Assembly: GCA_963705085.1 (NCBI GenBank)
Contig: CAVPIV010000004.1
Span: forward strand, 181,028 to 245,027
Direction of reading: 5' to 3'
Length of the DNA: 64,000 bases
From: an uncultured Thermoleophilia bacterium
GTDB lineage: Bacteria; Actinomycetota; Thermoleophilia; UBA2241
Numbering within the stretch: position 1 is the stretch's first letter; each line of letters begins with the position of its first letter. Both the position numbers and the translations under genes were made by a program. Below the pieces are notes generated by a model. It did no database searches, had not been told where the DNA came from, and saw only the letters and a list, made by a program, of their open reading frames with translations. Below are positions 44,278-53,123 of this stretch, in pieces.

Positions 44278-47200
44278 GTGAGCACGGTGTCTGACGAGCG
44301 CGGCAGGGTGGAGCCGCATCCGGCGCTGGCGCCGTTCGCGCCGCGGGTCCGGGACTGGTTCACGGCGGCGTTCCGGGCCCCGACGCCCGCGCAGGTTCAG
44401 GCGTGGCCGGCGATCGCCGCGGGCGGGCACGCCCTCATCTCGGCGCCGACCGGCTCGGGCAAGACGCTCGCCGCGTTCCTGTGGGCGCTCGATCGCCTGG
44501 TGGCCGAGCCCCCCGCCGGCGACCGCGAGCGGGGCCGGCTCCGGCTCGTGTACGTGTCGCCCCTCAAGGCGCTCGGCTACGACGTTCAGAGAAACCTGAG
44601 GGCGCCGCTGCGCGGCATTGGAGCCGATCTGCGGGTGGCGACCCGCACCGGCGACACGCCCGCCCGTGAGCGCCGGGCGATGCTGCGCACGCCGCCCGAC
44701 ATCCTCATCACGACCCCGGAGTCCCTCTACCTCATGCTCACCTCCCAGGCTCGCGAGCTGTTCGCCGGCGCGGAGTGGGTGATCGTCGACGAGATCCACG
44801 CCGTCGCCCAGACGAAGCGCGGCGCGCATCTCGCCGTGAGCCTGGAGCGACTCGCCGAGCAGGCGGGTCGCGACGTGCAACGCATCGGTCTCTCCGCGAC
44901 CCAGCGGCCGCTGGACGAGGTCGCGCGCTTCCTCGTCGGGCCTCACCGCGACTGCGCCATCGTCGACGCCGGCGTGCGCAAGCCGCTCGACCTGCGCATC
45001 CAGGTGCCCGTTGAGTCGATGGCGGAGCCCGAGGTCCCGGTCGAGCTCGCCAGCTTGCCGGGCGGGGAGGCGACGCGGCGCTCGATCTGGCCGGCGGTCT
45101 ACCCGGAACTGCTGCGCCTCGTGCGCGAGCATCGCTCGACGCTCGTCTTCGTGAACAACCGCCGCGCCGCCGAGCGCATCGCCCTGCGGCTCAACGACCT
45201 CGCCGGGCGCGATGACGCCGGGCACCGGGTCTCCTCGCCCGCGGGCGAGATCGCCCGGGCGCATCACGGCTCGCTGGCCCGCGAGGAGCGCCAGGCGATC
45301 GAGGAGCAGCTCAAGGAGGGCCGGCTGCCGTGTCTCGTGGCGACGTCGTCGCTCGAGCTCGGCATCGACATGGGCGCCATTGACCTGGTCGTGCAGATCG
45401 AGTCTCCCAAGTCGGTGGCGCGCGGGCTGCAGCGCATCGGCCGCGCCGGGCACGGCGTCGGCGAGGTCTCGCGCGGGAGGATCTTCCCCAAGTTCCGGGC
45501 CGACCTGCTCGAGTGCGCCGTCGTCGCGAGGCGCATGCGCGAGGGACAGATCGAGACGACCGTGGTGCCGCGCAACCCGCTCGACGTGCTCGCGCAACAG
45601 GTCGTGGCCATGGCCGCAACGGCCGGCGACAAAGGACTCCCGGCCGCCGACGTCTTCGCTCTGTTGCGGCGCACGTGGACGTTCGCCGAGCTGCAGCGCC
45701 GCCAGTTCGACAACGTGCTCGACATGCTCGACGGGCGCTACCCGTCGCACGAGTTCGCGGAGCTGCGGGCGCGGATCGTGTGGGACAGGGTCGCCGACAC
45801 GATCCGCGCCCGGCCCGGCGCCCTCGCCTTGGCCGTGGCCAACGCGGGCACCATACCCGACCGCGGCCTCTTCTCGGTCAACCTGCCGGACGGGCGTCGG
45901 GTGGGGGAGCTCGACGAGGAGATGGTCTACGAGGCCCGGGTCGGCCAGGCCTTCCTGCTCGGCGCCACGTCGTGGCGGATCGAGGAGATCACGCGTGACC
46001 GGGTTGTCGTCTCGCCTGCCCCGGGCGCGTCCGCCGCGGTTCCGTTCTGGCACGGCGAGTCCGTCGGGCGGCCGATGGAGCTCGGCGAGGCGATCGGCGC
46101 CTTCGCCCGCTGGGCCGTCGGTCAGGACGAAGACGTGCTCCGGCGCGAGTACGACCTCGACGAGCGCGCCGCCCGCAACCTGCTCGCCTACCTGCGCGAG
46201 CAGCAGGCGGCGACGCGCGTCGTGCCTTCGGATCGCGCCGTCGTCGTCGAGCGCTTTCGCGACGAGGTCGGCGACTGGCGGCTCTGCCTGCTGACGCCCT
46301 TCGGCGGCCAGGTGCATGCCGCATGGGCCCTGGCGCTGAGCGCCCGGGTGCGCGCCCGCCTGGGGCAGGAGGCCGAGGCGATCTGGTCGGACGACGGCAT
46401 CATCCTGCACCTGCCCGACGCCGACGATCCCCCGGCCGGGGACCTGGTTCTTCTGGAACCGGACGAGGCCGAGGACCTGCTCGTCGGCGAGCTCGGCGGC
46501 AGCGCTCTCTTCGGCGCGCGCTTCCGCGAGAACGCGGCCCGCGCCCTGCTCATCCCGAGGGCCCGTCCTGGCCGTCGCACGCCGCTCTGGCAGCAACGGC
46601 TCAAGGCCCAGGCGCTGCTCGCCGTGGCGCGGCGGTATCCGGAGTTCCCGATCGTGCTCGAAACCTACCGGGAGTGCTTGTGCGACGTGCTCGATCTGCC
46701 GGGGCTGCGGGAGGTCCTGCGTCGACTGAGCACGCGCGAGATCGGGGTTGTCGAGGTCGAGACGGCGGCGGCCTCGCCGTTCGCCTCCTCGCTGCTCTTC
46801 GACTACGTGGCCACGTACATGTACGAGGGCGACGCGCCGAGGGCCGAACGCCGGGCCCTCGCCCTCGCCCTGGACCGCGACCTGCTGCGCGAGCTTCTCG
46901 GTCAGGAGGAGCTGCGCGACCTCATCGCTCCGGCCGCGCTGGCCGCGGTCGAGGACGAGCTGCAGTGCCGTGCGGACCACCGCAGGGCACGTGATGCCGA
47001 CGGCCTCCACGACGTCCTCCGCCGGCTCGGCGACCTGACCGAGGAGGAGGCCCTCGAGCGCGTGAGCGAGCCGGCCGCGGCGCGGGGGTGGCTTGCCGAG
47101 CTGGAGGGCGAGCGTCGAGCCGCGCCGGTCAGAATCGCCGGCGTGGAGCGCTGGATCGCCGCTGAGGACGCCGGCCTCTACCGCGACGCGCTGGGCGCGA

Positions 47201-48786
47201 TCCCGCCGGCCGAACTGCCGCAGACCTTCCTGGCCGGCGTCCCGAACGCGCTGCTGACGGTGTTGAGGCGCTACGCGCGCACGCACGGTCCGTTCGAGGG
47301 CGACGACGTGCGGCGCCGGTGGGGCGTGGACGCGAGCGCCGCCCTCACGCTGCTGGAGCAGGCCGGGGAGCTTGTCCGCGGCGAGCTGCGCCCGCTCGGC
47401 ACCGAGCGCGAGTGGTGCGACCCGGAGGTGCTGCGCCGCCTGCGACGCGCCTCGCTGGCGGCCTTGCGCCGGGAGATCGAGCCGGTCTCCTCCGAGGCAC
47501 TGGCGCGCTTCGCGCCGGCGTGGCAGGGAGTCGGCGGACCGGCGGTGAGAGGGTCGGCAATGGCCGGCTCTGCTCAGGCTGGTCCCGGTGTCGACCGGCT
47601 TCGCGACGTCCTGGTGCCGCTCCAGGGTCTGCCCCTGCCGGTCGGAGTCTGGGAGCGCGACGTGCTGCCGTCGCGTGTCGGGGCGTACTCGCCGGCCTGG
47701 CTCGACGAGCTCTGCGCGAGCGGAGAGGTGGTTTGGGCCGGCGTGGGCGCATCGGGAGACCGGGCTGGCCGGGTGGCGCTGTACTTCCGGGAGGACGCGG
47801 CGCTCCTCGGTCTCCCGCCCGCGACCGGTGAGGCTCCCCGGGGCGAGGTGCACGGGCTCCTGCGGGAGCGCCTGGGGCGCGGGGCCTGCTTCTTCGCTGA
47901 TCTGCTCGTGGAGTACCCGGAGGCGCCGCCCGACGAGCTGCGGGACGCTCTCTGGGACCTGGTCTGGGCCTCCGAGGCGACCAACGACGCCTTCGCCCCG
48001 CTGCGCGCCGCGGCACCCGGCCGTAGCTCCGCGGCGCCGAGGGGACATCGTGGATCCGTTGCGCGATCGCCCGGGGGAACGGGCGCCGGACGCTTCCAGC
48101 GCCGGGGGAGGGGGGCGCCGCCGCTGCAGGGGCGCTGGTCTCTCACGGCGGCCGTGTTCGGCGCCGCGGCGCCCGAGGCCGAGGGCCGGCGTCGCGCCTG
48201 GGCCGAGCTGCTGCTCGAGCGGCACGGCATCGTCACGCGCGAGCTCGTGCGGGCGGAGCGCGCCGCGGGCGGCTTCGCCGCCCTCTATCCGGCGCTCTCC
48301 GCCCTCGAGACGATCGGCAAGGCGCGCCGCGGCTACTTCGTGGAGGGCCTTGGCGGCGCCCAGTTCGCGCTGCCGGGCGCGGTCGAGCGGCTGCGCGCCG
48401 AGGCTGACACTCCGGGCCTTGCGCTGGTCCTCGCGGCCGCCGATCCCGCACAGCTCTACGGCGCGGCGCTGCGCTGGCCGGACGCGGGCGGTCGCGCCCC
48501 GGCGCGTCGCGCCGGGGCCTACGTGGTGCTCGTCGGCGGCCGTCCTGTGCTCGGCCTCGAGTCCGGCGGGCACAGCATGGCGGTCTTCCCGGGGGAGTCC
48601 GCCGAGACGCTGGACGCCGCGTTCGCGGCGCTCGCGGGGGCGGTCGCGGAGGGCCGTGTGCCGCGCCTCGCGCTCGAGCGCATCGACGGTGCGGCGGCCA
48701 CGGAGTCGCCCTACGCCGGGCGCCTCCAGGAGCTCGGCTTCCGGGCTGGCCTGCGGCGCCTCAGTTTCGCGCGGCGCTACGCCTGA
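44278..48786 (+). CDS. lhr: Lhr-family DEAD/DEAH helicase (full length)
   Basis: APTGSGKT, YVSPLKAL, VIVDEIHAV, GLSAT, HHGSL, ATSSLELGID and QRIGRAGH; C-terminal winged-helix/HTH_42 region. Confidence 0.95.
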   Translation: MSTVSDERGRVEPHPALAPFAPRVRDWFTAAFRAPTPAQVQAWPAIAAGGHALISAPTGSGKTLAAFLWALDRLVAEPPAGDRERGRLRLVYVSPLKALGYDVQRNLRAPLRGIGADLRVATRTGDTPARERRAMLRTPPDILITTPESLYLMLTSQARELFAGAEWVIVDEIHAVAQTKRGAHLAVSLERLAEQAGRDVQRIGLSATQRPLDEVARFLVGPHRDCAIVDAGVRKPLDLRIQVPVESMAEPEVPVELASLPGGEATRRSIWPAVYPELLRLVREHRSTLVFVNNRRAAERIALRLNDLAGRDDAGHRVSSPAGEIARAHHGSLAREERQAIEEQLKEGRLPCLVATSSLELGIDMGAIDLVVQIESPKSVARGLQRIGRAGHGVGEVSRGRIFPKFRADLLECAVVARRMREGQIETTVVPRNPLDVLAQQVVAMAATAGDKGLPAADVFALLRRTWTFAELQRRQFDNVLDMLDGRYPSHEFAELRARIVWDRVADTIRARPGALALAVANAGTIPDRGLFSVNLPDGRRVGELDEEMVYEARVGQAFLLGATSWRIEEITRDRVVVSPAPGASAAVPFWHGESVGRPMELGEAIGAFARWAVGQDEDVLRREYDLDERAARNLLAYLREQQAATRVVPSDRAVVVERFRDEVGDWRLCLLTPFGGQVHAAWALALSARVRARLGQEAEAIWSDDGIILHLPDADDPPAGDLVLLEPDEAEDLLVGELGGSALFGARFRENAARALLIPRARPGRRTPLWQQRLKAQALLAVARRYPEFPIVLETYRECLCDVLDLPGLREVLRRLSTREIGVVEVETAAASPFASSLLFDYVATYMYEGDAPRAERRALALALDRDLLRELLGQEELRDLIAPAALAAVEDELQCRADHRRARDADGLHDVLRRLGDLTEEEALERVSEPAAARGWLAELEGERRAAPVRIAGVERWIAAEDAGLYRDALGAIPPAELPQTFLAGVPNALLTVLRRYARTHGPFEGDDVRRRWGVDASAALTLLEQAGELVRGELRPLGTEREWCDPEVLRRLRRASLAALRREIEPVSSEALARFAPAWQGVGGPAVRGSAMAGSAQAGPGVDRLRDVLVPLQGLPLPVGVWERDVLPSRVGAYSPAWLDELCASGEVVWAGVGASGDRAGRVALYFREDAALLGLPPATGEAPRGEVHGLLRERLGRGACFFADLLVEYPEAPPDELRDALWDLVWASEATNDAFAPLRAAAPGRSSAAPRGHRGSVARSPGGTGAGRFQRRGRGAPPLQGRWSLTAAVFGAAAPEAEGRRRAWAELLLERHGIVTRELVRAERAAGGFAALYPALSALETIGKARRGYFVEGLGGAQFALPGAVERLRAEADTPGLALVLAAADPAQLYGAALRWPDAGGRAPARRAGAYVVLVGGRPVLGLESGGHSMAVFPGESAETLDAAFAALAGAVAEGRVPRLALERIDGAAATESPYAGRLQELGFRAGLRRLSFARRYA

Positions 48787-48822
48787 CGTCGCCCCGGACG
48801 CCGCGTGCGCGCCGCCGCGTCG

Positions 48823-49797
48823 TCAGCCGTTGAGCGTGATCGCCTCAGGAGCGCAGGTGCGCAGGCAGTGCCCGCAGAGGCGGCAGGCGTCGGGGTTCTG
48901 GACGACGGCCTTGCCGCCGTTCAACGTGAACACTCCGTAGGGGCAGACCTGGACGCAGTTGCCGCACCCCGTGCAGGCGTCCGCGTCGACGACGACAGGA
49001 GCGGCAGCCGACGACCCGTCGCCCGACGACTGGCCACCGGCGTCGCCGCTCGAGGAGCCGTCGTCGGCGGACCCGTTGGAGGTGGTGCTGCCGCCATCGC
49101 CGCTGCTCAGCAGGCCGCAGCCGGCGAAGAAGGCGGCGGCCCCGACGACGCCGGCCGCCGCCAGGAAGCCCTTGCGCGAGAAGCGGGGAGGGCCGGCCTC
49201 GGAGGGAGGGCCGAACTCGGACGCGTCTCCGACGCGCCGGCAGGCGTCCGGCTCGGCCGCCCGTCCGCAGGCCGCCACGGACTGCGCGCCGCTCTCGGCC
49301 TGCGGCGGCTTGAGAGCGGCTCGCCGCGACTCGGCCTGCCCCCCAAGGTTGCGCGCGCTCGCCTCGACGCCGCGCGCCTCGCGACGCGCCCGTCGCCCAT
49401 CGCCCATCGCCGCGAGGCGAGCCAGGGAGTCCGAGGCGCTCGCGGGTGCCGCGGCCGTGACGGCGGCCGGAACCGGGCTCACGGCTGGCACGCGTGCCCG
49501 GGCTGGGCGGCTCTGGCCGTGGCGGCGCTTGCCGCGGACCACTTTGCCGGTCATCGAGACGAGCCACCGCAGGTGCAGCGCCGTGTGAAGGCCCACGCCC
49601 GCGGCCATGACAGCGCCGCTCCAGTCGTGGACCGTCTGCCAGACGGCAGTGCTGATGCCGAGGATGACGGGCTGGCCGGCGGCGGACACGCTCACAGTGG
49701 TTTCTGGGAAGAGGCGGAAGAGCCCGGTCACGGCGCAGAACAGAAAGGCGATGCCGGTGATCATGTCGACCCAGTAGTTGACCATCGCCTTCTTCAT
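48823..49797 (-). CDS. DUF4405 membrane domain fused to a 2[4Fe-4S] ferredoxin
   Basis: VNYWVD...WQTVHDWSG...GLHTALHLRW; CTGCGNCVQVCP and CRLCGHCLRTCAP. Confidence 0.75.
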   Translation of the reverse strand: MKKAMVNYWVDMITGIAFLFCAVTGLFRLFPETTVSVSAAGQPVILGISTAVWQTVHDWSGAVMAAGVGLHTALHLRWLVSMTGKVVRGKRRHGQSRPARARVPAVSPVPAAVTAAAPASASDSLARLAAMGDGRRARREARGVEASARNLGGQAESRRAALKPPQAESGAQSVAACGRAAEPDACRRVGDASEFGPPSEAGPPRFSRKGFLAAAGVVGAAAFFAGCGLLSSGDGGSTTSNGSADDGSSSGDAGGQSSGDGSSAAAPVVVDADACTGCGNCVQVCPYGVFTLNGGKAVVQNPDACRLCGHCLRTCAPEAITLNG

Positions 49798-50095
49798 CGC
49801 ATACCTCGTGTCCGTCGTGGGTTGTCGGCGGCGGGACGATCGGCAGTCTCGACCTGCGCAGGCGGGCCTCTTCCGGCTCCAGGCCAGCATGATAGGCGGG
49901 CTCCCTGTGACCTCGCTGAGAGGACGCTGAGGTTTTGTGCCGGATGAGGAGGGCGCATGGCGCCCATTTGCTCGTGCACAGTCCAAGCCGCGCGTAATGC
50001 AAGAGGATCGACCGGCCGACGATAGAATGGATTCAGGACGGCAACCTCGGCGCGCCGTCGGCACGGCGACTCTCACCCTGAGGCAGGGAGGACGG

Positions 50096-51868
50096 ATGAA
50101 AAGGTATTCCCGGAGGAGCGCCGTCGTGCTGGCGCTGGCGACGGCGCTGCTCGCGTGTCTGGTCGCCGCGCCCCTGGCGGTGGCGAGCGCGGCGGCAGAT
50201 CCGCCGATCCAGGCGGCGCCGCTGAGCGAGGCGTTCCGGCAGTACCAGGCGCAACAGCGTCTGCAGCGGGCGCTGGGCCTGAACGGCGTCGTTCAGCCCA
50301 ACCTGGGCATGATCCCTGAGCCGATGGATCCCTCGATCCTCAAGGGCACGGCCGGCACGGCACGGGTACGCTCGGTCGTCCCGCCCGTCGCCTACGACCT
50401 GCGGTCTCTGGGCAAGCTGACGCCCGTCAGGGACCAGAACCCGTTCGGCACCTGCTGGACGTTCGCCTCGCTCGCCTCGCTCGAGTCGTGCCTCCTGCCC
50501 GCCGAGGCGCGCGACTTCTCCGAGGATCACATGACGCTGACGTCGGGCTTCGACGACGGCGGCGACCCCTACAACGAGGGCGGCAACTACTACATGGCGA
50601 CCGCCTACTTGGCGCGCTGGGGCGGCCCCGTCGACGAGACGGACGACGCCTACGGCGACGGCTTCACGCCGCCGGGACTCAGTCCCGACAAGCACGTGCA
50701 GGAGGTCCTCTACATCCCCGGCGGCGACATCGCCGCCGACACGAAGGCCATCAAGACCGCGATCATGACCTACGGTGCGGTGGCGACGTCGCTGTACTGG
50801 ACGAACAGCGCCTACGACGAGAGCGAGAACAGCTATTACTACTTCGGCCTGGCGAGCATCGATCACGCCGTGACCATCGTCGGTTGGGACGACACCTTCT
50901 CCGCCACGCGCTTCGGTCTCATGCCTCCCGGCAACGGCGCCTGGCTCGTGCGCAACAGCTGGGGGACCGAGTGGGGCGACGGCGGCTACTTCTGGGTGTC
51001 CTACTGGGACGCCCATTGTGGCCGCGACAACGTCTTCAACGCCGTCTACCCCAACGCCGAACCGACGACCAACCACGACACGATCTACTACCACGACCCG
51101 CTGGGCCAGGTCGACACGCTGGGCTACGGCGATGAGACGGCCTGGGGGGCGAACGTCTACACGGCGACCGCCAGCCAGGCGGTCACGGCGGTCGGCTTCT
51201 TCACGCACGTGCCGGGCACCACCTACTCCGTGTACACGGGCGGTGTGACGGGCGGCGGCGCACCGGGGACCTTGACGAAGAAGGCGTCGGGCACGATCAA
51301 CACCGCCGGCTACCACACCGTCAGGCTCTCCTCGCCGCGAGGCGTCGTCCGCGGCGGCAAGTTCGCGGTGGCCGTCAAGCTCAGGACCCCCGGCCTCGAC
51401 TACCCGATCGCCTACGAGGGGTATGTTGCGGACTTCAGCTCGGGGGCGACGGCCTCGCCGCGGCAGAGCTACATGCGGCACACCGACGCAAGCCTGTGGC
51501 TGGACCTGACCCGCTACGATCCCACGGGCAACGTGTGTCTCAAGGCGTACGCGGACGACGATACCCAGGCGCCGACGAGTACGGTCGCGGCGCCGGCCTC
51601 AGTAGGGCGGTACGCCAGGGTCACGCTCAGGTTCCGGGTGAACGACCCGCAGCCGAGCTGCGGCTCCGCCGCGGTCAGGATCCAGATCCTGAAGGGGGCT
51701 TCGGTCGTCAGGACGATCACCGTCGGGACGAAGGGGACGAATACGACCGCCGGCTACATCTGGACGGCGACCCTCGGCAAGGGCGTCTACACGTGGCGGG
51801 TGTCGGCCATCGATCTGGCGGGCTATCCGGCAGCCGCGATGGTGCCTGCGGCGCTGGTCATCAGGTAG
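50096..51868 (+). CDS. Second secreted C1A cysteine protease with lectin-like domain
   Basis: RDQNPFGTCWTF, DHAVTIVGWDD and VRNSWG; paralog of 38459-40654. Confidence 0.92.
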   Translation: MKRYSRRSAVVLALATALLACLVAAPLAVASAAADPPIQAAPLSEAFRQYQAQQRLQRALGLNGVVQPNLGMIPEPMDPSILKGTAGTARVRSVVPPVAYDLRSLGKLTPVRDQNPFGTCWTFASLASLESCLLPAEARDFSEDHMTLTSGFDDGGDPYNEGGNYYMATAYLARWGGPVDETDDAYGDGFTPPGLSPDKHVQEVLYIPGGDIAADTKAIKTAIMTYGAVATSLYWTNSAYDESENSYYYFGLASIDHAVTIVGWDDTFSATRFGLMPPGNGAWLVRNSWGTEWGDGGYFWVSYWDAHCGRDNVFNAVYPNAEPTTNHDTIYYHDPLGQVDTLGYGDETAWGANVYTATASQAVTAVGFFTHVPGTTYSVYTGGVTGGGAPGTLTKKASGTINTAGYHTVRLSSPRGVVRGGKFAVAVKLRTPGLDYPIAYEGYVADFSSGATASPRQSYMRHTDASLWLDLTRYDPTGNVCLKAYADDDTQAPTSTVAAPASVGRYARVTLRFRVNDPQPSCGSAAVRIQILKGASVVRTITVGTKGTNTTAGYIWTATLGKGVYTWRVSAIDLAGYPAAAMVPAALVIR

Positions 51869-51887
51869 AACGAAGCGGCGGGAACGG

Positions 51888-51925
51888 GCCGAGGAGGCTC
51901 GCCGGATCCGGCGAGCCTCCTCGGC
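51888..51925. terminator. Perfect 38-bp palindrome (terminator or cruciform)
   Basis: GCCGAGGAGGCTCGCCGGATCCGGCGAGCCTCCTCGGC equals its own reverse complement. Confidence 0.6.
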
Positions 51926-51935
51926 TATACCCTGT

Positions 51936-51978
51936 TGCATAGGTCCTATGCTATCCTGCGCTGCATAAGACCTATGCA
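51936..51978. promoter_or_regulatory. Twin palindromic operator TGCATA-N5-TATGC(A/T) flanking an extended -10 upstream of orr-arcE-arcB
   Basis: TGCATAGGTCCTATGCT (51936-52) and TGCATAAGACCTATGCA (51962-78); TG-C-TATCCT between them. Confidence 0.65.
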
Positions 51979-51987
51979 GGGAGGCTC

Positions 51988-53088
51988 ATGCTCGCGAACC
52001 CGACAGTCACTGTTGATCTCGGCAAGATCGAGGCCAACACCCGCACGGTCGTCGAGCAGCTTCCCGGAATCGAAGTCGTCGGCGTCGTCAAGGCCACCTC
52101 GGGCAGCCCGGAGGTGGGCAACGCGATGCTGGCGGGCGGGGCGGTGGCCCTTGGCGAGTCGCGGCTCGAGAACATCAAACGGCTTCGCGACGGGGGCCTG
52201 ACGGCGCCGATCTGGCTGTTGCGGGCGCCGGTGCCGGCGCTCGCCGACGAGGCCGTGCGCTATACCGATGTTTCGCTGGAGAGCGAGCTCACGATCGTGC
52301 GCGCCCTCGAGGAGGCGGGAGCCCGGCAGCGGCGCCGTCATGGCATCGTGGCCATGGTCGACCTGGGCGATCTGCGCGAGGGGATGATGCCGGCCGAGCT
52401 GCCGGCGTTCGTCGACGAGGTCGAGCGCCTGACGCACGTGGAGCTCATGGGCATCGGCGTCAACCTGACGTGCTATGGCGAGATCATCCCGGACGATCGC
52501 AACCTCGGGCAGCTCGCCGCCCTGGCGGCCCAGACCGAGCGTCAGATCGGCCGCCGGCTGCGGTACGTCTCGGGCGGCAACTCGAGCTCGATCGCGATGG
52601 TCCTCGAGGGGCGCATGCCGCCCGCCATCAACTCGCTGCGCGTCGGCGAGACCATCCTGCTGGGCGTCGAGACGATCCACCGGCAGCCGGCGATGGGCCT
52701 CTTCCTGGACGCCATCACGCTCGCGGCCCCCGTGATCGAGTGCAAGCGCAAGCCCTCGCTGCCGATCGGCACCCAGGGTCAGGACGCCTTCGGCAACACC
52801 TCGGTCTTCGAGGATCGCGGGCAGCGACGCCGCGCGATCCTCGCTCTCGGCCGCCAGGACGTCTCGCCGGAGGGCCTGCGCCCCGTCGACCCGCGCATCG
52901 AGGTCCTCGGCGGCTCCAGCGACCACATGATCCTCGACGTCGAGGACCTCAACGCGTGCCTCACCCTGGGCGATACGGTGACCTTCATCCCGAACTACGC
53001 CGCCACCCTGCAGCTCTTCACCTCGTCGTACGTGGACAAGGTGTACGCGACGCCGCAGGCGGCGCCCATCTCAGCCCGTCCGGAATGA
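51988..53088 (+). CDS. orr: Ornithine racemase (PLP, alanine-racemase fold)
   Basis: GVVK (PLP lysine), MVDLGDLREG, GVNLTCYG, SGGNSSS, KPSLPIG..G.DAFG and GGSSDH match clostridial Orr. Confidence 0.85.
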   Translation: MLANPTVTVDLGKIEANTRTVVEQLPGIEVVGVVKATSGSPEVGNAMLAGGAVALGESRLENIKRLRDGGLTAPIWLLRAPVPALADEAVRYTDVSLESELTIVRALEEAGARQRRRHGIVAMVDLGDLREGMMPAELPAFVDEVERLTHVELMGIGVNLTCYGEIIPDDRNLGQLAALAAQTERQIGRRLRYVSGGNSSSIAMVLEGRMPPAINSLRVGETILLGVETIHRQPAMGLFLDAITLAAPVIECKRKPSLPIGTQGQDAFGNTSVFEDRGQRRRAILALGRQDVSPEGLRPVDPRIEVLGGSSDHMILDVEDLNACLTLGDTVTFIPNYAATLQLFTSSYVDKVYATPQAAPISARPE

Positions 53089-53123
53089 CTCCGGCCGGAG
53101 GACTGCCAACCAGAGGAGCGGTC

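Noticed and set aside
51936-51978. Canonical ArgR ARG boxes
   Set aside because: Half-site spacing is N7 rather than N4; kept as an unknown operator instead.
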